The notes under the pieces: generated by a model | What the model was told of the DNA's origin: nothing | The model's database searches: none | What the model saw: the letters and a program-made list of their open reading frames with translations, nothing else | Shown here: positions 10,476-22,299 of the stretch, piece after piece | Position numbering within the stretch: position 1 is the stretch's first letter | How the letters are laid out: every line of letters starts with the position of its first letter | Position numbers and translations under genes: made by a program | Source: Hypanus sabinus | Lineage: Eukaryota | Length of the DNA stretch: 64,000 bases | Assembly (NCBI RefSeq): GCF_030144855.1 | Contig: NC_082709.1 | Span: 140,306,001 to 140,370,000 of the forward strand | Reading direction: 5' to 3'

Positions 10476-13400
10476 TTTTACAACTGCACACAGTGCCGCA
10501 AAGTCTGGGCACTCTCGCAAGCGGGTAGCTGGAAGAGGCCGGCAATTAAGCACATGCGAAAGCACATTCCAGTCAATGAGAGTTTTTCTTTTATAATTGT
10601 ATTTAACTCCCTTCCTTTTGTTTCAGTCTTGTCAAGCCTTGACTGAAGCATGGTGATGGCAATGCTCTCTGACTACCATGTCCACATTTAGGGAAAGAAG
10701 ATTAATGACTTAGAAAGACACTGTAAAAGAGCAGTACTATTTTAGTGTTGAGTTATTGATTCTGAGCTGATGGCATTAGTTTTTAGTTAGCAGCACTGTT
10801 GATTCTAGCATTTACTAGTTTTCTTTGTTCTGTACAGTTTTTATTAAAACTCAGTGAACTGTTCATTCCACTTCTGAGTCTCTCCCTCTGCATTTGGGAA
10901 GTCATTGTATTCCTGTCAGCAAGACTTGTCCATTCAAAATGGACTCAGTGGAGAGACAGCAGCTGAAATCAGCCCTGAGCTTCATTCATCAGGTAAGGCA
11001 GAAGTTAAAATCAGCGGAGGCTGGGTAGCCAGAAATGGCTCACACAGTACGACAACTATTCTCAGAGCAGCAAGTCCTGCCCAAGCTGGAAGAATATACG
11101 TCAGCACTTGCAATGATGGTTCAGCAGATAAACACAGTCAGTTGGCAGCTATTACTGCTCTCACTGTCTCTATTCAGCTCTCTGCCGGGACAGTCCCACG
11201 TCTGGTACCAGCTCCTCCCCCACCTTCCTCCATCACACTCACGTCAGCCTCAGCCACTGACGCCCTGATACCCTTGCTGCATCCTGACTGAAGCAAGCAT
11301 TCCTCCACCAGGCAGAAACTCCAGTGACTCCGAAGGCTGCAGAAACTTTATTACCGAGTGTGAGCTGACTTTCCAAGCCCATCCAGGTCGGTTCAGTGAT
11401 GATCATGGTGAACCTTTGAGATGGATCCCAACTCAGCCTGTTCAATGCTCTATGAGAGCAAGTTCGTCCTGCAGCCCAGTCTCTCCAGCAATTTGTAGTT
11501 GTATTCAAGCACAAGGTCAGAAGGCTGCACTCCAGCTCCTGAACGTGTGCCAAGGACAACGGTCAGTAAGAGACTATGGAGTAAAGTTCCACACTCTTGT
11601 AGTTGAGATAGATGGAATGAGAGATTGTTCATCACTGCTTTCCAGCATAGGTTGAGCACAGAGGTCGGGCATGGGATTGAAGTGCATGATGAATAGTATG
11701 GCCCAGACAACCTGATTAATCTGGCCATTTGAATTGACAACTGAAGGAAAATACCCTGCATCCCCTACTCATCAGATCACCGCCTGACTTCCCCACCTCT
11801 CTCAACACCTAGTACACAGTCCACAGGGGAGCCCATGCCGGTGGGGGGACCCGCAGCTATCTCAGGAGGAGCTTGATCAGTGCAGAAGAATGGATTGCTG
11901 CCTCTGCTGCAGCTCTCCAGGACAAATCCATGCATCATGCCTAGTAAAAGAGAAGACTTGCCAGCAAGAAGGCAAGATGTGTTAATTCTCTCTGCAAGCA
12001 TCTTCCCCTAATGAAGAATTGATCTCTTCATCTCTGTCCTGTGGGTCCCAGACCTGAGCTTCTGGCATTTATTGACTCCAGGGTAGGCAGGAGCCTCATA
12101 GATATCTCTCAGGCTCAAAGATGGGGAGTTCCTGCGCAACAAGTGAGAGGGAATATTAATATCAAAGCCCCGGGCACTGGCAGGATCCACCTTTCCATCG
12201 TTCCCCTCCAACTTGTGCTAGAGGTCAGCCATAGGGTACAAGCCTCCTTCTGTCTTGTTGATTCACCCAAACTGTTGCTGGTGCTTGGCCTTCCCTGGCT
12301 CTCTCAACACAAATCATGGATCAATTGGTTCCTAAAGTCCCTCCAAGAATGGGAACCGCATGCCCATCTACCTGTCTGGGTACAGCACCAGCCGCTATCA
12401 GTGCACTTTTTTCTGGAGACAACTGCGACTGTGGACCTGTCTGGTGTTCCAGCTGAATATATTGACCTACACAAGGTCTTCAGTAACAAGAAAGCGATCT
12501 CCATGCCTCTATGTCGGCCATACGACTGCACCATTGTCCTCCTACCAGGTTTTAGTCCTTCTTGGGCGGGCTCTTTACCCCTTCCTGTGCTGAATCGATG
12601 ACCATGAAAGAATACATCAAGGAAACGTTGGTCTGAGCATTTATCCATCCATCTACCTCACCAGCAGAACTCGTTTTTTTGTGAGCACGAAGGATGACAA
12701 GCTCTGTCCCAGCATTGATTATCAGCTGCTAAAAACATCACAATGAAGAACCACTACCCACTTCCCCTGCTTGCTTCCACAGTTTCACATCTCCAAGGAA
12801 CAACTGTATTCTTTAAGTTAGATTAGAGCAATGCTTACAGCCTGGTCTGCATTCGAGAAGGAGCGAGTATAAGACAGCCTTCACACCTCACTGGCCACTA
12901 TGAGTTCCTCACGATGCCATTTGGTCTGGCCAGTGCTACTGCTGCTTTTCAAGTCAACGATGTGCTCTGGGACATGTTAAAACAGTTTGTTTTTGTGCAT
13001 TTGGTCAACATTCTTATCTATTCCTGCTCTCACCAGGAATGTGCCCAGCATGTCTGGAGGGTTCTTGGGTGGCTCCTTGAGAACAAACTTCATGCCAAGC
13101 CAGAGAAGTGTACGTTCCACAAACAGCAGGTGTCATTCTTGGGCTACATCCTCACCCTTCCAGTGTTCACACAGACCCAGTTCAGCAGTCACAGAGTGGC
13201 CCAAACCATCCACTGTCAAACAGGCAGGCACTTCATGGGGTTTGCAAACTTCTATCATCCCTTCATCCCTTCTTCATCCCTTCATGGAAACTTCACTTCC
13301 ATGGTGACTCCAGTAAATGTACTCACCAAGAAGACCTCTGCAGGGATCCTATGGACAAGTGAAGCAGACCAAACATTCTCTGAGCTAAAGCGATGCTTCA

Positions 13401-15875
13401 CCACTGCCCCATTGCTGCATCGTCCAGATTCCTCCCGTCCACTCATCAACAAAGTTGATGCATCAGGTATCAGCATTGAAGCTGTACTCTCCCAGCACTC
13501 TTCTGTAGATAATCAGCTAAGTGATTTTCTTTCCCATCACTTAAGTCCTGCAGAGTGTAACTATAATGTCAGGAACCAAGAGCCTCTAGCTGTTAAGGAG
13601 GCCCTGGATGCACGACGACACTGGTTGGAGGGGACAGAGCTCCCTTTTCTGCTATGGACAGATGACAAGAACCTCTCCTACATCCCTGATGCCATGAGAC
13701 TAAACTCCTGACAGGCCTGCTGGGCTCCCTTCTTCATCTGGTTTAATTCCATCCTCACCTACCATCTAGGCATCAAGAAAACCAAGACTAATGCTCTCTT
13801 ACACTGGTTTGATATCTCTGAGGAGAACAGCAATCCAGAGCCTATTCTTGCTCACATATGCATAGCTGCTCTGGTGATTTAGAGAATAGGAACAGAGACA
13901 AGGACTGCCCCACAGTTGGATCCAGGCCCCTGTGGGGGACATCACAACCAGCTGTGTTCCCAGACTGTTGCAATGGAGTCACTTATCTCATCTGATTGGT
14001 CACCTGGGGATTCAATGGACCCTGGAATTTATAAAGAGATATTTCTGGTGGCCGTCTATACCCCATGATATCTATGAGATTGTCTCTGTCCCACTTGTGT
14101 CGAGAATGTCACGTCAGCACCCTGCTTGTCTGCTCTGCTCACTCACCACCCTTGGTCAAACCTCTTGGTGGATCTCGTCGCTGGTCTGCCCCTGTCAGAT
14201 GGGAACACCACTGTCCTGGCGGATGTGGACTAGTTCTCTAAAGCAGCCCACTTCATTGCACTCCTCCAGCTCCTGTCAACTCACGAAACTACTATCGTCA
14301 TTGTTCAGCATGTGTTCAGGCTGCCCAGCTTTCCTCAGGACACTTTGTATGATCAAGGACCACAGTTTACATCCTGTTTTAGTGGGAGCCATAGCCAGCC
14401 TCTCATTAGGCTTCCAACCCCAATCTAATGGACAGGCTGAGAGAGTGAATCCGGAACTTGTGACAGCCCTGCACTGTCTTGACTCTTCCAACTACAGAAT
14501 CTAGTGCTCCCAACTGCTTTAGGCAGAGACTGCTCACTGTAATCTCCAGTCGTTCTCCATTGGCATGTCCTCCTTTGACAGAAAAGTTTTCAGCCACTGC
14601 GCTTTCCTGACCAAGAGATTAACTTGGATTGATTTAGAAGTCCCTACTGCCGTTCAGTTGGTCCAGTGCTACAAGCGCAGATGGGGAATGGCCAGGGTTG
14701 CTCTGCTGCGCATTCAGAAACAATATGCCCAGTAGCTGATCAGATCTGCTGAAGGGTGGGGCGTCTCAAGCCAGGGAAAGAAGTCTGGTTGGTACCTTGG
14801 GATCTTCCTTTGAGAGTCGACAGCTGCAAATTGCCCCTATGCTACGTAGGGCCACTCATAGTGGAGAAGGCTATCAACAGGTTCTCCTATAGACTGCGCC
14901 TGCTGTCATCCATGAAGATTCAGCCTGTTTTCCAGGTTTCCAAGCCAAACTGGTGATTTCCTCCCCACTTGCTTCAGCCATACCCCCCCCCCCCAGCCCT
15001 TCCTCACCACTTAGTGGATGGTTCCTTGGTCTATAGTGTATGGTGCATCCTGGCATCTCGCTGGATGTAGGGCAGTATCCAGTACCTTGTGGATTGGGGA
15101 GGGTATGGCCTAGAGGAACATACTTGGTTTCTGGTTCAACAAATCCTGGACAAGCTTCTCAACTGAAACTACCAACTGGCACAAGTTTTTGTCATCTCGG
15201 GATCTGTGGCTAGGGAGGGCGAGGGTCTGTCACAGTAATGGACACTGCCTCAGAGTCCAGGTGCTCTTGTAGGTGGGTAACTGGAAGAGATCAGTAATCA
15301 CTTACGTGAGAATGGATATTCCAGTTAATTATGATTTTCTTCATAATTGTATTAACTCCCTTCTTTGCATTTCAGTCTTGTCAGGTCTTGACTGAAGCAC
15401 AACAATAGCAATGCAACCTGCTTACTGTGTCCACACTGAGGGAAAGAAGATTAATGATTTAGATAGACTCTGTAAAGAAGCAGTATTAATTTAGTACACC
15501 ATACACAAAATGCTGAAGGAACTCAGCAGGTCATGCAGGACCTCAGGGAGGGTCTCAGTCCAAAATGTTGACTGGTTATCCATTTCCGTAGATGCTGCCT
15601 GATCTGTTCAGTTCCTCCTGCATTTTGTGTGTGTTGCTTTCCATTTCCAGCTTCTGAAGAGTTTCTCATGGTTATTAATGTAATGTTAAGTTACTGCTCT
15701 GAGCCACAGGGACCACATTAGTTTTTAGTTTGAGGGGTTTTAGCTAGCAGCCCTTTTGTCCTAGTATTTATTATTTTTCTTTGTTTTGTACATTTCTTAT
15801 TAAAAACTCAGTCAACTGTTCATTCCACTTCTGTATCCCTCCCTCTACACTATAGCCTTTACTGAATTTCTGTCA
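10476..15875 (+). mobile_element. Full-length degenerate Gypsy chromovirus (sushi-like) LTR retrotransposon
   Basis: 5' LTR 10476-10918, 3' LTR 15228-15875 (starts TGTCA), PPT 15212-15225, gag ATG 10939. RT MPFGL...KPEKC...FLGY, RNase H VDASG, integrase PQSNGQAERVN, chromodomain QYLVDW..YG.EE.TW at ~15015-15165. Confidence 0.92.
15496..15675. mobile_element. Penelope-derived foldback insertion in the 3' LTR
   Basis: Absent from the 5' LTR; inverted arms 15503-15533 and 15600-15630 (26/31 match). Confidence 0.7.
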
Positions 15876-16095
15876 CTTTATGGTGGATGTATGTGCAACA
15901 GGACAATAGTGTATGAGGCACATCACAGAGATCTTCTTGGGAACCGGTACAACAGATGCCTTTCTGAAACAGATGGGAACCTTAGACCGCTGAAGCAAGG
16001 GTTAAATATACCAATGCACATTCCTGCCACTCGTTGTGCAGGGATCTTGAGTACTCAATATGTACACGATTTTGTGGGTTTACTGTCTTGAAGGA
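15876..16095 (-). mobile_element. Rex1/Babar LINE fragment (right half)
   Basis: Sequence continues the Rex1 RT region broken at 10475. Confidence 0.7.
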
Positions 16096-16579
16096 AGTAC
16101 ATATATCAGCCTCAGAGACTAAGATTATGGAGTAATCTGGAGATGTGTGGTTTGTGTATGTGTGCCATAGTTCTCCCTATCAAAATGTGCATAAAAGGCA
16201 TTGAAAATATGGGAGCGACAGGTTGTTGCCACTTTTGCTAACTAATCTCACCTTGTAGGAAGTAATATTGCCCAAGCCCTATTAAAACCATCAAGAATCT
16301 ATCTGTGATTCCAATTTAGTCTGAAATTGGCTCTTTGAGCTTGCATTGGCCTTCCAATCATATATGAACTTCTTATATGACTCTGGATCACCAGCCCTAA
16401 ACACTTCAGTTCTAGTCCTCAGAAGATCCCAAATCGCCTGGTTTTGGGATTACTAATTGAGAACTACTAATTGAGAAAGAATATTTTTGTGGTTATACAC
16501 TCACCCATACACATTCTTATGAAATCAATGATGATTGTGACATATTAATTTAGGTCCACTGATAAATCCTTGAACATGG

Positions 16580-17715
16580 TCTAGTCCACTGATTCAATGC
16601 AATCCCAAGTTTGCTCCCCCACCCCTCCCAGCCATTTCTTTGTAGTCCTCTTTAATGGTACTGTTACCACCTTCTGACTAAAGTAATTTCTTTGCATCTC
16701 TCTTCTAAATGGACATCCTTCAATCCTAAAGTCATGCCCTCTTGTCCTGGACTCCCCTACCATGGGAAATATCTTATCTATTCAAGCCTTTTAACATTCT
16801 GGATGTCTCTATGAGATCCCCCCTCATTCGCCTGAACTCCAGCGAATACAGCTCAAGAGCTGCCAGATGTTCCTCATACTGTAACACTTTCATTCCTGGA
16901 ATCATTCTCGTGAATCTTCTCTGCACCCTCTCCAGTGTCAGTATATCCTTTCTAAAATAAGGAGCCTAACATTGCACACAATATTCCAACTGTGGTATCT
17001 CGAGTGCCTTATAGAGCCTCAACATCAAATCCCTGCTCGTATATTCTATACCTCTAGAAATGAATGCCAACATTGCATTTGCCTTCTTCACCACTGACTC
17101 AACCTGGAGGTTAATCTTTAGGGTATCCTGCACAAGGACTCCCAATTCCCTTTGTATCTCTGCATTTTGAATTCTCTAAATAATAGTCTGCTCATTTATT
17201 TCTTTTACTAAGTGCATGACCATACACTTTCCAACATTGTATTTCATTTGCCACTTCTTTGCCCAGTCCCCTAAACTATCTAAGTCTCTCTGCAGGCTCT
17301 CCGTTTCTTCAACACTACCCGCTCTTCCACCTATCTCTGTATCATTGGCAAACTTAGCCAGAAATCCATTAACCCCATAGTCCAAATCATTGACATACAT
17401 CATAAAAAGCAGTGGTCCCAACACTGACCCCTGTGGAACTCCACTGGTAACCAGCAGCCAGACAGAATAGGATCCCTTTACTCCCACTCTCAGTTTTCTG
17501 CCAATCAGCCAATGTTCCACCCATGCTAGTAACTCCCCTGTAATTCCATGGAATCTTATCTTGCTGAGCAGTTTCCTGTGTGGCACCTTGTCAAAGGCCT
17601 TCTGAAAATCCACATACACCACACCTACTGCATCTCTGTTTACCCTGCTTGTAATTTCCTCAAAAAAAATTGCAGGAGGTTAGTCAGGCAGGATTTTCCT
17701 TTCAGGGAATCATGC
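16580..17715 (-). mobile_element. CR1 LINE (RT and 3' end)
   Basis: VYVDFQKAFDKVPH, SGVPQGSVLGPLLF and KFANDT motifs. Confidence 0.93.
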
Positions 17716-17959
17716 TGGCTTTGACCTAACTTGACATATGCCTTTTCATCATTGTGTCCACACTTTCAAAACAACTGTGTATTCTAGACATTATTTTATG
17801 AGTAGTCATTACATTAGCTTTGTTTTAAAAGGTCAGTTTTTTCAATTTTTGTTTCATAGTTGGATTATAATGTGTGTTGATGTACTATTTGCAAAACAGC
17901 ATTGGCATGGATATCATTTGACAATAGTTCCAAGCCATCCCCATTAATGGGATAGCGTT

Positions 17960-20110
17960 ACGTGCCCTCCACTAAAGCTGAACATTGTAAAGGGAGTAAA
18001 GAGAACTACAGAGGCATCAGAGAGGAGTTATCCAAAATTGATTGGAAAAAAAAACACTGGCAGGGATGACAGGAGAGCAACAATGGCTGGAATTTCTGAA
18101 AGCAATTTGTAAGGTACAGGATATACACATCCCAAAGAGGAAGAAGTATTCTAAAGGCAAGATGACATGACAATGGCAAATAAAAGATGTCAAAGCCAAC
18201 ATAAAAGCCAAAGAGAAGGCATGTAATAGAGCAAAAATTAGTGGGAAGAGGATTACACACCAACAGAAAGTAACTATGAAGGTTGTTAAGAAGGAAAAGA
18301 TGGAATATGAAAGTAAGCTAGCTAGTAATATTAAAGAGAATACCAAAAGAATCTTCAGATACATGAAGTGTAAAAGAGGGGCAGGAGTGCACATCAGGCC
18401 ACTGAAAAACAATGCTGCAGAGGTAATAATGGGAACAATGAAATGGCTGATGAGTTAAATAAGCATTTTGTATCAGTCTTCATTTTGGAAGGCACTAGCA
18501 GTATGATGGAAGTTCAAGAGTGTCAGGAGTCAGATGTGCGTAGTTGCCACTACTAGGGAGAAAGTTCTTGGAAAACTGGAAAATCTAAAGGATATAAGTC
18601 ACTTGGACCAGATAATGTACACCCCAGTATTCAGGGGGAGAAAACTGAAGAAATTGTGCAGGCATTATTAATAATCTTCCAGGAATCACTAGATTCTGGA
18701 ATGGTTCCAGAAGACTGAAAAATTGTAACATCATTCCACACTTCAAGAAGAGGGAGAGGCAGAAGAAAGGACATTATAGGCCAATTGGTCTGAACTCAGT
18801 GATTGGGAAGATGTTGGAGTCAATTATTAAGAATGTGGTTTTGGGGTACTTGGTAGCACATGATAAAATAGGCCATAGTCAGCATGATTTCCAAAAGGTA
18901 AAACCTTGCCTGACAAATATGTTAGAATTATTTGAAGAAATAACTAGCAGAATAGGCAAAGGAGAGTCATTTGATGTGGTGTACTTTGATTCTCTGAAGG
19001 CTTTTGATAAGGTGTCACACATGAGGCTGCTTAACAAATTAAGAGCCAGTGGTATTACAGGAAAGATACTAGCATGGCTAAAGCAGTGATTGATTTGTGG
19101 GAAACAAAGAGTGGGAATAAAGGGAGCCTTTTCTGGTTGGCTGCTGGTGACTAGTGTTGTTCCACAGGGGTCTGTGTTGGGACTGTTTCTTTTTATGTTA
19201 TATATCAATGACTTGGATGATGGAATTGATGACTTTGTTGCAAAGTTTGCAGACAATATGAAGATAGGTGGTGGAGTAGGTAGTTTTGAAGAAGTAAAGA
19301 GGCCCACAGAAGGATTTAGATGGATTAGGAGAAGGGACAATGAAGTAGCAGATGGAATACAGTGTCAGGAAGTGCACAGTCATGCACTTTGGTAGAAGAA
19401 ATAAAAGGGGAGACTATTTTCTAAATGGAGAGAAAATTCAAAAATCTGAGGTGCAAGGGGACTTTGGAGTCCTTGTGCAGGATTCCCAAAAGGCTAATTT
19501 GCTGGTTGAGTCTGCAGTGAGGGAGGAGTTAGATTTAATTTGAAGAAGACCAGAATATAAAAGCAGGAGTGTAATGTTGAGGGTTTATAAAGTACTGGTG
19601 AGGCATCACTTGGAGTATTGCCGAGCAATTTTGGTCCCCTTATCTTAGAAATGATATGCTGTGTCTTATGAAGGGTGTTTGGTAGTTTTGGGCCTGTATT
19701 CACTAGAATTCAGAAGAATAAGAGGTGACCTAATTGAAACCTTTTGAATGGTGAAAGGCCTTGATAGAGTGGATGTGGAGAGGATGTTTACTATGAAAGG
19801 AGAGTCTAGGACCAAAGGACACAGCCTCAGAATAGAGGAGTCTCCTTTTAGAACAGAGAGGAGGTGGAAATTCTTTAGCCAAACAGTAGTGAATCTATGG
19901 AATTTATTGCCGAGGGCAGTTGTAGAGGCCAAGTCTTTATGCATATTTAAGACAGAGGCTGATAGATTCTTGATAGCTCAGAGCATGATGGAGACATCCA
20001 GAAGACAGAAGAATGGGGCTAAGAGGAGGAATGCGTCAGCCATGATGGAATGGTGGAGTGGACTCAAAGGGCCAAATGGCCTAACTCTGCTCTTGTGTCT
20101 TATGGTCTTA
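17960..20110 (+). mobile_element. CR1 LINE, 5'-truncated
   Basis: DSLKAFDKVSH, VPQGSVLG, KFADNMKIGG, then 3' tail; frameshifted. Confidence 0.92.
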
Positions 20111-20479
20111 TAATCTTATTGTCTTATATTGTTTGAAGTTGCAGAACCTCCTGTGTGAATGTATCCTTGTACACAACGCAAATGATTGTCTGAATCAGCA
20201 GATTTTGCTGCTTCTAGCAGTTCAATTTTGGAGGTTTGATATTCCACAGGAACTCATCACCCTTTTCACAATAACTTCAACTGAATTTTTGCAGAATTAT
20301 ATTATTTCCCCAAGTCTCAGCTGATACTTCCAGTTGGTGATAAAGAGAATGCACAGGGAAAACATTAGAGTGGGTGATTGACAGTGTTCCTATCCTGGAT
20401 AACTTTGCTGCTCCACCTAGTGAATATCCAAAAGGATCCATATTTGTCAAGTTTATGTGTTGATGTTATTTTCAACTCT

Positions 20480-20810
20480 ACCTATAAACCATCGTCAAAG
20501 TCCCCCACCATCCAGGAGATGTTCTCTTCTCGTTACTATCCTCAGGTAGGAAGTACAGAAGTCTTAGGTCCCACATCAGCAGATCCAGGAACAGTTATTA
20601 GTTTACAATCATCAGGCTCCTGAACTGGTGTGGATAATTTCATTCACTACTATTCTGAGCAGATTCAACGACCTACAGATTCACTCTCAAGGACTCTTCA
20701 CAACTCGTGTTCTCAGTATGTTTTTATTTGCATATTGGTGTTAATTGGTCTTTGTTTATGTATTTTATTTGTAAAATTCTATTGTATCTCATTTTTCCCT
20801 GTGAATGCTT
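20480..20810 (+). mobile_element. Rex1/Babar 3' end fragment
   Basis: Similar to 35498-35707 (HP..LFSLLPSGRRYRSL) followed by the 3' UTR. Confidence 0.7.
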
Positions 20811-20879
20811 GCAAGAAAATAAACCTGAAGAGTATATGCTAATTTATACATATTCTGAACTTACAATTTTTGACAACTT

Positions 20880-21320
20880 GGTAAATAGACTACAAGGCAT
20901 AGAAGCAGAATTAGATTATTCAGCCCATCAAGTCTGCTCTGCTATTCCACTATCTCTCTCTCTCAACCCCTTTCTGTTATCAGTTATCAACTCCATAGGC
21001 AAACCAACAAGATCCATTGTCATAAGCACAACATTTTATATTGAGGAGCATTGGTAAAGCGAATGGTCACAGTCCTTTCCCCGGTTCGAAGTTTCTAAAA
21101 TTAGAGGATGTAATTTGACATGAAGAAGGGAAGGTTTAAAGGGGATGTAAGAAGCACATTTGTCATTACATTTGGTGGAGGCTATATGAAAGGAGCTGCC
21201 CAAAGAATTGGTAGACAGCTTTATGGAAAACTTTCGAGGGGTAGGGGCCAAATGCAGCCAAATGGTTCTAGTTCAGCCCTTGGTCAGGGATAAGTTGGGT
21301 GAAAGAGCGTTTTTTGTGTT
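20880..21320. mobile_element. CR1 3' tail fragments
   Basis: Similarity to the tails of other CR1 copies in the window. Confidence 0.55.
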
Positions 21321-21656
21321 GTATAACTCTACGGCTCTGTACTGATCTGGAGCGATTTATGTCAGAGCTGGGGATTAAGTTTTTTTGGATTGTGTTACCC
21401 CATTCAGAATGAATGGCCACTCTGCAGGCTGTTTGAGTGGAAACCCACTGGTAGCGGGAACATACAGGTTACTCAGAAGCACAGAATGAACCTAATAAAC
21501 CAGGGCTCTAGAACAAACTGAACAATAATCCCAAGTGTCTCAGGTGGTCCTAGAATCCTTGATGCCAAGGCATTTGCTATAACCTTCAAATAATAGGATA
21601 TGTTATAGTTGTGTGTGGAGAACTTTCTCCTATCTCTTGTTTTGGCTTAGCAAAAA

Positions 21657-22297
21657 CACTGGACATCATTATTTTTGTACCTATTGCTTCCTCAGAACTT
21701 CTTTTTATGATAGACCTCATGAGGCTGAACACAAATATCATTTCAAACTATCAGGTGGAAATTTGGAGTGTATCAAGCAGGAATTTGGAGAAATGAGTAA
21801 TTAGCTTTTATTGAATATAATGCATTTAATTGCACAATGGTCCTGACACTTTGCTATATTGCAACTAAGCTAAAATGTTTTTTTGGTGATTTCTGTTTTT
21901 ACTCAAGTGTCTGAGGCTTCTTGCTTTTGTGTTCATCCGTAAACAGCTGTTGTTGATGGATTCCAGTTACCCTGATAGCATTTCTCCATGACCACAATAT
22001 CCCAGTGAAACCTTTCTTCTGCCCAGCACTGACAGCGCCCAGATTTGCAGGGATGAAGGCTAAATGGGAATGCAGAAAATTAATCTTTACTGACATGTTA
22101 CACTTAATGGTTCTGTATGGCTTGAAACATGTTTGGTGCTCTGAACTTGCAAAGTAAGTTATTCAGCAGCATCTTTGGATGGCTTCCGTGCAAATTTCTC
22201 AGGTCCCTCTAGAAATTCTTCTAATTACCTGTCCTTGATGACCTTTTGATTTGTGTACCAACAAAGGTGTTTCCTTAATCTTGGCATCAGTTATTCC
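21657..22297 (-). mobile_element. Chapaev-like (CMC superfamily) transposase C-terminal fragment with one terminus
   Basis: ITDAKIKE... and CNMSVKINFLHSHLAFIPANLGAVS resemble Chapaev3-type MSLKIHFLHSHLDFFP.NLGAVSDE (from recall); terminus CACTGGACAT at 21657. Confidence 0.65.
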
Positions 22298-22299
22298 GA

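Noticed and set aside
12914-13711. 265-aa RT/RNase H ORF as a domesticated PEG10/RTL1-like gene
   Set aside because: The catalytic YxDD is destroyed (VHLVNIL), neighbouring domains are frameshifted, and both LTRs remain, so this is a decaying TE.
16451-16477. 14-bp tandem duplication (also small duplications at ~2608-2630, ~25820-25910 and ~46218-46242)
   Set aside because: Ordinary slippage or microduplication events with no further structure.
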